A DNA stretch of 59,441 nucleotides, taken from assembly GCA_034004025.1 (NCBI GenBank), contig JAVEXM010000004.1:1-59441 (forward strand). Direction: 5' to 3'. The position numbers and the translations under genes were made by a program. Shown here piece after piece: positions 45,622-54,726 of the stretch. The notes beneath the pieces are model-generated. The model was not told where the DNA came from, made no database searches, and was given only the letters and a program-made list of their open reading frames with translations. This DNA is from Bacteroidales bacterium (GTDB taxonomy: Bacteria; Bacteroidota; Bacteroidia; Bacteroidales; VadinHA17). Position 1 is the first letter of the stretch, and each line of letters begins with the position of its first letter.

Positions 45622-48222
45622 ATGAAAAAAACAGCCCTGATATTCCTGCTTGTCGCCTTCAATGTTCACCTGACGGCACAAATCTCCGAAGGGGGCCTTC
45701 CGCCCTCTTACAAGGCTCCGGGAACAAAAGCCGCGGCGGCAGTCGCAGCATACAGACTGCAGGCTATCGATACAGCGGGACTTGCAGACTATAACCGGGA
45801 AAAAGCCTTCCCGCTGAGATATGCTGTTCTTGAAGAGGTTGACCTCGACCTGAGAAAGGCAGGCACAAAATCACTGCTTCCTGACGGCAGCACACTGTGG
45901 CAATACAGGATCAACTCGCCGGATGGCCTGTCTCTGCAGGTTATTTTCCGGAAATTTCTTATCCCGGAAGGAGCACGCCTCTTTCTCTTTGATGAGGCCT
46001 ACACCCATGTCAGGGGAGCTTTCACCAACCGCAATATCACTGAGGACCTCTCATTCGTCACCGCTGACCTTCCCGGTGATCATATGATCATCGAATACAA
46101 TGAGCCTGCAGATGTGCCTTTCGGGGGCGAGGTGATCATCGGACGGATTGGACAGGCTTATGTTGACATCTTCGGACTCAAATCGGCAAATATCGACCAG
46201 GACGGATATATCCCGGTTAACTGCGAGGAAGGCATTCCCTACCAGGACCAGAAACATGCGGTGTGCAAGTACAGCTTCAACGACGGGGTTTACAGTTACC
46301 TCTGTTCAGGAAGCCTCATCAACAACACCAGGAATGACGGGACGCCATATTTTCTTACGGCCGCTCATTGTATAAGCACCGCTACGGAGGCATCCTCCAT
46401 AGTTGCCTGGTTCAATTATGAGGAGGCCTCCTGCACCGGCGTTTCACTCTACTCCTCACAGACACTGACAGGCTCTTCGCTTATGACAACCGGTAGCATG
46501 TCAGACTATACCCTGCTAAAATTCAGAAAGCCTGTGCCGCCCTCCTACATGCCCTATTTTGCAGGATGGGATATCACAGACACTCCCCCCCGGTACTCTG
46601 CCGGCATTCATCATCCCCACGGCAGAACGAAGAAGATATCGCTCGACTATGATCAGGCACAGTCAGTAGACAGGGTCCTGAGCTGGGAGAGCGGTGGAAG
46701 CTCTCCGGCTAACTCCCATTGGAATGTCTTTTTTGATGACGGGATAACCTCATCGGGCTCATCAGGGTCACCGCTGCTTGACCAGAACGGGAGAATCACC
46801 GGACAGCTTCACGGAGGCAGCTCCAACGATTACTACGGCAAAATGAGCTACTCATGGTCCCATCCGAACAGCTCCTACGAACCTCTGTCAACTTATCTCG
46901 ACCCCGATACCACCGGCGTGAAAACCGTCGACGGATATTATCCGCCGGAGAACCTTCCCGATGCCCAGTTCCTCTCGGATTTCTCCGCCGTATGCCTCGA
47001 TGCACCCTTTGACCTGACCGGTTTCTCGGCCTTCGACCCCCTGGGCTGGGAGTGGACGTTCAGACCATCCGGTGTCACGTATTATGACGGTACCACCTCA
47101 TCGTCCCCCTCACCCAGAGTATCCCTGAATTCTGCCGGTCCCTATTCCGTGACCCTCAGGGTGACCAATGCAGCAGGACAGGGTGCTCTGACACTGGAGA
47201 ATTACATTACGGCCGGCAGCTCACTTAAACTGTCAGCCTATCCCATGGATCTGACAGACTCATGCATCTTCTCATTTACAGGCGTTGCTGTAGAGGCCTG
47301 CGGTGCCGATGCCTACCTCTGGACACTGTCGGACAACTCTGACGACCTCTTTTATCTGGAAAACAATACCGTTAACCCGGCCGTGATAAGAGTACGTGAC
47401 GGTGTCGAGCTTACAGAAAGCACGGATATTGAGCTGACAATAACCGGTATACAGGGCACCTGCCAGAGCCTCCTGGCTTTCAGCATCCCGCTCGAGGCTC
47501 AGACAAACGATAATGTAATGCATGCTGTCGCAATTGCAATAGGTGAGAACGGACCCTTCTCAAACAAATGTGCAACCATTCAGGACCGTGAACCCGTGCC
47601 GCCGTACGACAGCTGCACGGGACAGCTGTCGTGGTGCGATGAGTACAGCACCGGTGAAGATATAATCGAGAACAGCGTATGGTTTTCGTTTACCCCTGAG
47701 GTGAATCAGAAGATAATGCTCGCCTCTATGGGCATGGATAACCAGGTAGCCGTTTACAGGACTGACTCGCCGCAAGATCTCCTGGCCGGTAACTATACTC
47801 TGATAGGTGCAAATGACGACTTTACGGACACGGACTATAACGCCCGCATAAGCTCGATGGATGTCGAGGCCGGCCGGAAATACCTGATCCAGGTCGACGG
47901 CAGCGGAGGAGGACTGGAAGGCAGTTTCTACCTCACCCTGAGTGTTCTCAGCAGCACCGGGGAACTCTCCGCGATTAGCGAAGAGATCAGGGTATATCCC
48001 CAGCCCGCAGGCGATGTCGTTACAATTGAGTCTGCTGCATTTGCCGGATGCAGGGAGGTGCGGGTGGAACTTATAGACAACAGCGGCAGGGTAATATGCC
48101 AGGAGCTCATTGCCGAATCATCAGGCAGGCTGCAGCTGCCTCTGGGCGATCTGCCCAAGGGGGTTTATTTTGCACGCATCTACTGCGGCAGTAAGGTCAC
48201 CGTTACAAAAGTGGTGCTTTAG
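45622..48222 (+). CDS. Secreted S1 serine protease (lysyl-endopeptidase-like) with PKD-like domain and T9SS type-A CTD
   Basis: Signal and propeptide; CSGSLINN, TAAHC, DYTLL, HHP.G..KK and GSSGSPL; PKD-like YSVTLRVTN; CTD VYPQP..LPKGVYF..KVV. Confidence 0.88.
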   Translation: MKKTALIFLLVAFNVHLTAQISEGGLPPSYKAPGTKAAAAVAAYRLQAIDTAGLADYNREKAFPLRYAVLEEVDLDLRKAGTKSLLPDGSTLWQYRINSPDGLSLQVIFRKFLIPEGARLFLFDEAYTHVRGAFTNRNITEDLSFVTADLPGDHMIIEYNEPADVPFGGEVIIGRIGQAYVDIFGLKSANIDQDGYIPVNCEEGIPYQDQKHAVCKYSFNDGVYSYLCSGSLINNTRNDGTPYFLTAAHCISTATEASSIVAWFNYEEASCTGVSLYSSQTLTGSSLMTTGSMSDYTLLKFRKPVPPSYMPYFAGWDITDTPPRYSAGIHHPHGRTKKISLDYDQAQSVDRVLSWESGGSSPANSHWNVFFDDGITSSGSSGSPLLDQNGRITGQLHGGSSNDYYGKMSYSWSHPNSSYEPLSTYLDPDTTGVKTVDGYYPPENLPDAQFLSDFSAVCLDAPFDLTGFSAFDPLGWEWTFRPSGVTYYDGTTSSSPSPRVSLNSAGPYSVTLRVTNAAGQGALTLENYITAGSSLKLSAYPMDLTDSCIFSFTGVAVEACGADAYLWTLSDNSDDLFYLENNTVNPAVIRVRDGVELTESTDIELTITGIQGTCQSLLAFSIPLEAQTNDNVMHAVAIAIGENGPFSNKCATIQDREPVPPYDSCTGQLSWCDEYSTGEDIIENSVWFSFTPEVNQKIMLASMGMDNQVAVYRTDSPQDLLAGNYTLIGANDDFTDTDYNARISSMDVEAGRKYLIQVDGSGGGLEGSFYLTLSVLSSTGELSAISEEIRVYPQPAGDVVTIESAAFAGCREVRVELIDNSGRVICQELIAESSGRLQLPLGDLPKGVYFARIYCGSKVTVTKVVL

Positions 48223-48273
48223 CAACACTCCCGCTGCCCCTGCAGAAATATTTTACAACCGGCCGGCGGCCCG

Positions 48274-50673
48274 TCATTCGCCGTTGCCAGCCGGCCTGAA
48301 CAGCATCTCATACTTCTTTGCAGACTCGACAGCCTGATCCGTAAAAGGCTCACTGTAGAATCCGTTATTGACATACGTCTCCGTCTGCGAGAGATAGAAG
48401 GGACTTCCCGGGATGCCGGAAGTGCCGGTGGGTATGACTGTCAACGATTTATCCCAGTCGGCCGTGTTGAAGATATGCCTTTCCGAAGCACCGTGGTACG
48501 CCCCGAAATTTTCCCTGAAGGCATACGGCTGAACAGTATGATAGCTGCCCCCAATGCCGTAGGTCTTTGAGTTGAGCCCCAGCAGCCTGTCGAGGATCTT
48601 CACACCACCCATGGGATGTTCAAGAGTGAGGGTGTGTATGTTACCCCACTGCCACCTCTCTCCGAACTCACCGTACCTTGCGGTGAGTGTGTCAACAGCA
48701 GATGTTATGCTCAGAGCAATGATCTGATCCATGGTCTCAACCTCCGGCGTGGTTGTATTGTCAACCCACGCGTCCGGCCCTTCATTGACCATCCGGTAGA
48801 TGTAAAAGTCATGCTGACGGCCGTGAGGCGATCCGTAGAGCTCGTCAAGCTCATCACTCATTATATGCCGGGCCAGCTCTATCCGTATGAACTCGAACAG
48901 CGTGGGCGCAATGAGTGATCCATCCATCGCATAATCCCATCCCTCAAGTTCTTCAAGGGCAGCCTTCACCCCGGCGCCAGGATCACTGATCGCCTCCGAT
49001 GCCCTAAGTATCACCGGCGTCATCATGGCAGCATAGGCAGAGTGGTTGTCTGTAATCATTCTTTTAAAGTCGTCAATCCCCAGTATCTCTTTCTCTGCGG
49101 CCATCTCCCTGATACGCAGTATGCGGTAGGGCATGGCAAACTCCCCGCTTATATAGAAGGGATAGTCGCCTGTCACTGTACGCTGGTTGGCCGATGAGAC
49201 AAAACCGTTTTCAGGATTGAAAGAAGAGGGCAGTAGCTCAAATGGTACATATCCCTTCCACTCGTATTCGTCCGTATCTCCCTTGCGGGGCAGCAACCCG
49301 GTACCCTTTCTGACCGGAATACCGCCGCCGGTTTGAATGCCTATGTTTCCGTCAACATCTGCATAGGCGAAGTTCTGACTGATCGAACTGAAATAGCTAA
49401 GCGCAGTCCGAAAATCATCCCATGACCCTGCCCGGTTGAGCAGATAGACAGCCCTGATCTCGTCACTGTAGTCAAAGCCTGACCAGCACATCGTCAGCAC
49501 TTCATCATCTATGCCCCTCATGCCCGAGATGACCGGACCATGATGAGTGTACCTTATGGTGCGTGTCTGCGAAGAATCATCAGTGATCTTCAGTACCTCC
49601 TCACTGGTTTTGAAGGGCAGCCACTCTCCGTTATAGAGATAATTGCTGCCTGTGGAATCAACCGTCTCCACAAACAGGTCAATATCGTCAACACTGAGGT
49701 TGGTCAGCCCCCAGGCTATCCTGTCATTGTGACCCGCAACTATGTAAGGCTCGCCCGGGAAGAGTACTCCTGTAACATTGATCCGGCCCGGAACGACCTG
49801 ATGGATCTGCATCCAGAAGCCGGGCACATTGAGACCGAGGTGCATGTCGTTTGACAGTATCGGTTTCCCTGTCTCGCTCCTGCTGCCCGAGACAGCCCAG
49901 TTATTGCTTCCCGAGAGAGAGACAATGCCCAGCTCCTCCATCTCCCTGAGTGAACCAACTGCTTTCAGTGCATCCTCCAATATTTCCTCATCCAGCTCAA
50001 AGCCGGGAAATACAACCTCGTCAACATGGTTCCAGTCGGCTATCAGCTCAGAGGCCTTCTCCGGTCCGAGCTTCCTGCCCAGCCTGTAATTGTTGATCTC
50101 ATCGCTGAGATTTGATGATGCCAGATCCCAACCGATAAAGCCAATGATATTGGCAATATCTGTCAGAGTCCAGGGCTCTGGCTGGTACCCCAGCACCCTG
50201 AATTCCGGCGGCAGCTTCCTGCCGGTCTCTTTTATCCATGCATTGACTCCGTCAGAATACGCCTGAAGCGTTTCAAGCACCTCCGGAGCCTCCTTTTCAA
50301 GCACCAGCCGTGATTTTTCCGACATACCGAGAGCTCTCAGAAAATGATCCGTCTCCGTCATATCCCTCTTGAAGAGCTCCGACAGCCTGCCCTGCGTAGC
50401 ATGCCTGACCATATCCATCTGCCAGAGCCTCTCCTGGGCGGTTATGTAACCGGTCATGAAATAGAGGTCGTGCTCATTTGTGGCATAAATATGAGGTACT
50501 CCGCGCTCATCGCGGATGACCTTCACATCGTCATTGAGCCCGGCTACCGGCTTCTCGCCGTTAAGTCCGGCCAGCCCCGACCGGCGAAGGGAGGGTACGA
50601 TGATCAGGCCTGCCAGAATGGCTGCCCCAATGATGGCAGCAATGACAATCAGGGATACTCTGAGGATTTTCAT
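48274..50673 (-). CDS. Penicillin acylase family (S45 Ntn hydrolase)
   Basis: N-terminal TM from ATG 50673; RDERGVPHIYA, QERLWQMD, GSNNW (beta-subunit Ser) and NDMHL. Confidence 0.93.
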   Translation of the reverse strand: MKILRVSLIVIAAIIGAAILAGLIIVPSLRRSGLAGLNGEKPVAGLNDDVKVIRDERGVPHIYATNEHDLYFMTGYITAQERLWQMDMVRHATQGRLSELFKRDMTETDHFLRALGMSEKSRLVLEKEAPEVLETLQAYSDGVNAWIKETGRKLPPEFRVLGYQPEPWTLTDIANIIGFIGWDLASSNLSDEINNYRLGRKLGPEKASELIADWNHVDEVVFPGFELDEEILEDALKAVGSLREMEELGIVSLSGSNNWAVSGSRSETGKPILSNDMHLGLNVPGFWMQIHQVVPGRINVTGVLFPGEPYIVAGHNDRIAWGLTNLSVDDIDLFVETVDSTGSNYLYNGEWLPFKTSEEVLKITDDSSQTRTIRYTHHGPVISGMRGIDDEVLTMCWSGFDYSDEIRAVYLLNRAGSWDDFRTALSYFSSISQNFAYADVDGNIGIQTGGGIPVRKGTGLLPRKGDTDEYEWKGYVPFELLPSSFNPENGFVSSANQRTVTGDYPFYISGEFAMPYRILRIREMAAEKEILGIDDFKRMITDNHSAYAAMMTPVILRASEAISDPGAGVKAALEELEGWDYAMDGSLIAPTLFEFIRIELARHIMSDELDELYGSPHGRQHDFYIYRMVNEGPDAWVDNTTTPEVETMDQIIALSITSAVDTLTARYGEFGERWQWGNIHTLTLEHPMGGVKILDRLLGLNSKTYGIGGSYHTVQPYAFRENFGAYHGASERHIFNTADWDKSLTVIPTGTSGIPGSPFYLSQTETYVNNGFYSEPFTDQAVESAKKYEMLFRPAGNGE

Positions 50674-50795
50674 AGCGGTTTTGTTTTGTTGCCTAAACTT
50701 ACATAAAATCACCCGGTTTTTATATGCAAATTCCCAACAGGAAAATTTTCCGGAAAAAATCAGACAGTGTAACTATCCTGAACAGCAGGCAGGGT

Positions 50796-51800
50796 TCATC
50801 TTTTGAAAAGAATTCTTGTGCCCTGCGGACAGTGAGCACAGATATCTACAGTCTGGCGGTCCTTCATCACAGCCGCCCTGAAATCCCGGTACCTCCCGCT
50901 GCGCCAGATCTCCGCAAAACTCTGGCTGTTCAGATTTCCCATTGCATGCACACCATGCTTGTCGAAACAGCACGGAACCACATCGCCGTCAGTGGTTATC
51001 ACGGCTGAGGACCACATCCGCAGGCAACCTCGCGATGGTGACCCTGCATGCCGCCAGGCTCCGTCATCACCCCTGACATACCGTGATCTCAGGTCATCTG
51101 AAGACAACCACTCTCCCGCCCTGGCAGGGTCAAGCACCTGCATACTCTTTATTATGAACCCTGCCCCGACTGATCCGGCAAAGGCAGCAGCAGCGCGCAC
51201 CTCATGCTCATTTCCCCGGTGCAGCAGGAACTGCAGCACGATCTTCAGCCCGGACCGCCTCTCCCTGACAGTGGCAGCCAGCCTCCTGATCCCCTCCTTC
51301 ACAAGTTCATGATCACCGCCGTGCCTGTAGATGCCATAGCTCCCCGGAGTCACCCCGTCATATGAAATGATTACCTTCTTCAATGACGAGCCTGCCAGGC
51401 CGAGGCATCTCTCCCTGTCAAGATAATGGCCGTTGGTGGCTATCACCGGGTTCATACCTGCAAAGAGTTCAGCTATACGGAAGAATTCAGGGTGCATCAT
51501 GGGCTCACCCTGGAAACTTAGCCAGGCTGAGAGTGTAAATCCTCTGATCTCATCAGCAATCTTCTCAGCAAGAGTATACGCGAGGAAACTGTTTCCCCTT
51601 GAAAGCAGTCCGGCACCGGTGACACACTCGGGGCATGAGAGGTTACATACGCTGCTCAGCTCGATGCTTATCGCCGGAGGCAGGGGAGCATCAGCAGGAA
51701 TACCGGCAAACCTGCTGGCAGCGTACGAAAAAACAGAGTAACTTGCATTCAGAAACCTGGAGGCCATGGCAGAGGCAAATGAACAATTTTTTTCTCTCAA
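50796..51800 (-). CDS. Radical SAM protein with SPASM/Twitch domain
   Basis: CNLSCPEC, QGEP and TNG; C-terminal C..MW..DGDVVPCC.D and C..C. Start may be ATG 51767. Confidence 0.9.
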   Translation of the reverse strand: MREKNCSFASAMASRFLNASYSVFSYAASRFAGIPADAPLPPAISIELSSVCNLSCPECVTGAGLLSRGNSFLAYTLAEKIADEIRGFTLSAWLSFQGEPMMHPEFFRIAELFAGMNPVIATNGHYLDRERCLGLAGSSLKKVIISYDGVTPGSYGIYRHGGDHELVKEGIRRLAATVRERRSGLKIVLQFLLHRGNEHEVRAAAAFAGSVGAGFIIKSMQVLDPARAGEWLSSDDLRSRYVRGDDGAWRHAGSPSRGCLRMWSSAVITTDGDVVPCCFDKHGVHAMGNLNSQSFAEIWRSGRYRDFRAAVMKDRQTVDICAHCPQGTRILFKR

Positions 51801-51804
51801 TGTA

Positions 51805-51833
51805 TAGGGTATGGGGAATGTTTCCGGTCTTAC
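51805..51833 (+). promoter_or_regulatory. Candidate ECF-sigma promoter
   Basis: TAGGGTA-N14-GGTCTTAC about 45 nt upstream of ATG 51879; I found no TAnnTTTG in this interval. The ECF assignment is inference. Confidence 0.45.
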
Positions 51834-51878
51834 TAATGAAATAAGATCCGAAATAAGGAACCATAAAAGAACGCGACA

Positions 51879-53183
51879 ATGAAAACAAAAATTTTTTACT
51901 CAGTAATAGCTTCTGCACTCCTGCTGATAATGCCGGCAGGAGATATCAGCGCATCCGGCTCCCCTGACAGGAACAGGAAGGAGAAGGTACAGCAGCAGTT
52001 GATAACAGTCAGGGGAAGGGTGGTCGATATCGAGACACGTGTCCCTCTTGTCTTTGCAGGGATAGCCGTGCAGGGAAGCAACGTATCCACCGTGTCAAAC
52101 CTCGACGGTGAATTTACCCTTAAGGTCGGCAGCGATCAGACAGGTAATATCGAGGTTTCATATGTGGGCTACAAGAACAGGGTGGTGCCCATCGAAGAGT
52201 TGAAGACCAACGGGCAGCGAAACGTGATCGAGCTCGAGACCGCACTGATACCTATTCAAGAGGTAATCGTAAAACCCATCCTTCCTGAAGAGATCATGCT
52301 GGAGGTCATAGACCGATTCGATGAGAACTATCCGAATCTGCCCAATGACATGACCGGGTTCTACCGTGAAACCATCAGGAAAAACCGAAGCTACATATCC
52401 ATCGGTGAGGCCGCAGTTGAGATATTCAAGGCCCCCTACCAGAACGACCTGCGCTTTGACGCCGTCAGGCTGTACAAGGGAAGAAAGAGCAATGACGTGG
52501 AGAAGATGGATACCGTGCTCTTCAAGCTTCAGGGCGGTCCTACAACCACTCTCTACCTCGACGTGGTCAAGAATCCCGAAACCTTCCTCACCAGGGAGGC
52601 ACTCAGCCAGTATGACCTGGAGCTGTCAAACATAGTGGTCATCGATGACAGGACAAACTATGTCATCAAATTCATCCAGAAGCCTTCGATAACCACACCC
52701 CTGTACCAGGGACGTCTATTCATCGACATAGAGACCTACGCCGTGGCACAGGCAGAATTCGCCTTCAATCTTGAGAACAAGGAGCTGGCAGCTTCAATGT
52801 TCATCAGGAAGAAACCGATGGGTATGCAGGTGACGCCCGAGGTGACATCCTACTACGTACGCTACCGCGAGATGGACGGCAAATGGTACTTCAGCCACTC
52901 AAGGGCAGAGGTCAAATTCAAGGTCAACTGGAAGAAGAAACTGTTCAACACCAACTATACCACTATGTCTGAGCTGGCAATAACAGACCGTACAGAAGAG
53001 GATGTTGTGAAATTTGCAGCAAAAGAGAGAATCCGCCCGACCGACTTCTTCACCGAGGAGGTGGCAGCATTTGCCGATCCCGAGTTCTGGGGCGACTATA
53101 ACGTGATTGAGCCCGATCAGAGCATTGAGGCAGCCATCAGGAGACTGAGCAGAAAACTCAGATTCAGCGACAGAAACGAATAG
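51879..53183 (+). CDS. Exported CarboxypepD_reg-like domain protein with uncharacterised C-terminal domain
   Basis: Signal peptide; VRGRVVD..PLVFA..TVSNLDGEF..SYVGY; C-terminal domain paralogous to that of 54727..56286. Confidence 0.85.
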   Translation: MKTKIFYSVIASALLLIMPAGDISASGSPDRNRKEKVQQQLITVRGRVVDIETRVPLVFAGIAVQGSNVSTVSNLDGEFTLKVGSDQTGNIEVSYVGYKNRVVPIEELKTNGQRNVIELETALIPIQEVIVKPILPEEIMLEVIDRFDENYPNLPNDMTGFYRETIRKNRSYISIGEAAVEIFKAPYQNDLRFDAVRLYKGRKSNDVEKMDTVLFKLQGGPTTTLYLDVVKNPETFLTREALSQYDLELSNIVVIDDRTNYVIKFIQKPSITTPLYQGRLFIDIETYAVAQAEFAFNLENKELAASMFIRKKPMGMQVTPEVTSYYVRYREMDGKWYFSHSRAEVKFKVNWKKKLFNTNYTTMSELAITDRTEEDVVKFAAKERIRPTDFFTEEVAAFADPEFWGDYNVIEPDQSIEAAIRRLSRKLRFSDRNE

Positions 53184-53200
53184 ACCGGTGTCGTGAGCGC

Positions 53201-53737
53201 ATGAAGAGTGACAGTGAGATTATAAGGAGGATCAGGAACGGTGACAAACAGGAGTTTGAAAAACTGTTCCGCTCCTCCTATGTTTCACTGGTGCGTTATG
53301 CAAAGACTCTCATCAGGGACCATGATACGGCTGAAGAGATAGTACAGGAACTGTTTTTCAGACTGTGGCAGGACAGAGATAAGCTGAACATCAAAACCTC
53401 ACTGAACGGATATCTCTTCCGCTCGGTACACAACAGGTCGCTCCATCATATTGAACATCAGCAGGTGGTCAGCCGTCATGCCGGCGAGGTCGCTGCCAGT
53501 GCCCAAAGCGTATCAGAACCCGTGACCGAGGCAATCTACTACAGCGAGCTCCAGGCAAAGGTTGCCGGAGTACTTGAACGGCTGCCGGAAAGATGCAGGA
53601 TGATTTTCAGGATGAGCAGGTTCGATGGGTTGAAATACAACGAGATAGCTGAGAAGCTTGCGGTTACCGTAAAGACGGTTGAAGCAGACATGGGCAGGGC
53701 ACTGAGGGAATTCAGAAAAGCATTGGCAGAACAATGA
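53201..53737 (+). CDS. ECF sigma-70 factor (FecI-like, Bacteroidota expansion family)
   Basis: AEEIVQELFFRLW, YLFRSVHN, LPERCRMIF.MSR.DGLKY.EIAEKL and KTVE. Confidence 0.95.
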   Translation: MKSDSEIIRRIRNGDKQEFEKLFRSSYVSLVRYAKTLIRDHDTAEEIVQELFFRLWQDRDKLNIKTSLNGYLFRSVHNRSLHHIEHQQVVSRHAGEVAASAQSVSEPVTEAIYYSELQAKVAGVLERLPERCRMIFRMSRFDGLKYNEIAEKLAVTVKTVEADMGRALREFRKALAEQ

Positions 53738-54720
53738 ATAAGATAAACAATACAAAACAAATGTCAGAACAGGATTGGGCTGATGCAGCCGCGTGGCTCT
53801 CCGGAGAGAACACGGCAGGCGAAGAGGCTGCCCGTATCCTTGTTAATGAAGACAATGATATAATGAAAAAGTGGAACGACCTGAAAAACATTGATAACGA
53901 AGTAATTGATGTTGACAAAGCATGGGAGAAGCTGAACCGGAGGATAGAGACAGAGACTCCGGTCATAACCCTGAACAGGCGGTCATTCATGCACTCCTTT
54001 GCAAGGATAGCCGCCACAGTCATCATCGTAACAGGACTGGGATGGCTGTTTTTCAAGGTGGCAGGTCCGGACAGGATCACTGTCTCATCAGGGTCCGATG
54101 AAAAGAATATCGAGGTGCTGCTCGCTGACGGTAGCATGGTCTATCTCAACCGTGACAGCAAACTGACATATCCGGAAAATTTCGGGAGCGACAACCGTAC
54201 GGTTTCACTTGAAGGGGAAGCGTTTTTTGACATCACTCCTGACGCAGCACACCCATTCATCATCGATGCCGGCAGAGCCAGCGTGAAAGTGCTCGGCACC
54301 TCATTCAGCGTCATTACTGACAACGGTAACGATGAAGTGGAGGTCTTTGTCGAATCAGGAACCGTGATACTCTCCAGCAATAACAGCTCGCATACCGTGA
54401 CACTGGAACCGCAGTTCGTCGGACGGATCTCCGACAGGGGTTCATCACAGGCAGTAAACACAGATGCCAACTACCTCTCATGGCATACTGACATGCTCAT
54501 CTTTGACGGGGAGAGGCTGGAGACGGTCTTCGCAGATCTTAAACGTACATTCAATATTAACATCGTGGCCGCAGACCCGGCAATCAACGACTACCGGCTG
54601 ACCTCACCCTTTGTGGATCAGCCCCACGATACAATTATTAAGGTTATTTGCACTACCTTTAACCTTCATTCTGTCAGGGAAGAAGGTGTTTACAGGCTTT
54701 ATCCCGGACAGGTACGGTAA
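53734..54720 (+). CDS. FecR-family anti-sigma factor
   Basis: ATGA overlap with the sigma gene; TM; LADGS.VYLN..S.L.YP, LEGEAFF and VLGTSF. Confidence 0.94.
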   Translation: MNKINNTKQMSEQDWADAAAWLSGENTAGEEAARILVNEDNDIMKKWNDLKNIDNEVIDVDKAWEKLNRRIETETPVITLNRRSFMHSFARIAATVIIVTGLGWLFFKVAGPDRITVSSGSDEKNIEVLLADGSMVYLNRDSKLTYPENFGSDNRTVSLEGEAFFDITPDAAHPFIIDAGRASVKVLGTSFSVITDNGNDEVEVFVESGTVILSSNNSSHTVTLEPQFVGRISDRGSSQAVNTDANYLSWHTDMLIFDGERLETVFADLKRTFNINIVAADPAINDYRLTSPFVDQPHDTIIKVICTTFNLHSVREEGVYRLYPGQVR

Positions 54721-54726
54721 AAACCG

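Noticed and set aside
50674..50795. Possible RiPP precursor beside the radical SAM gene
   Set aside because: No convincing short ORF, and no transporter or peptidase context.
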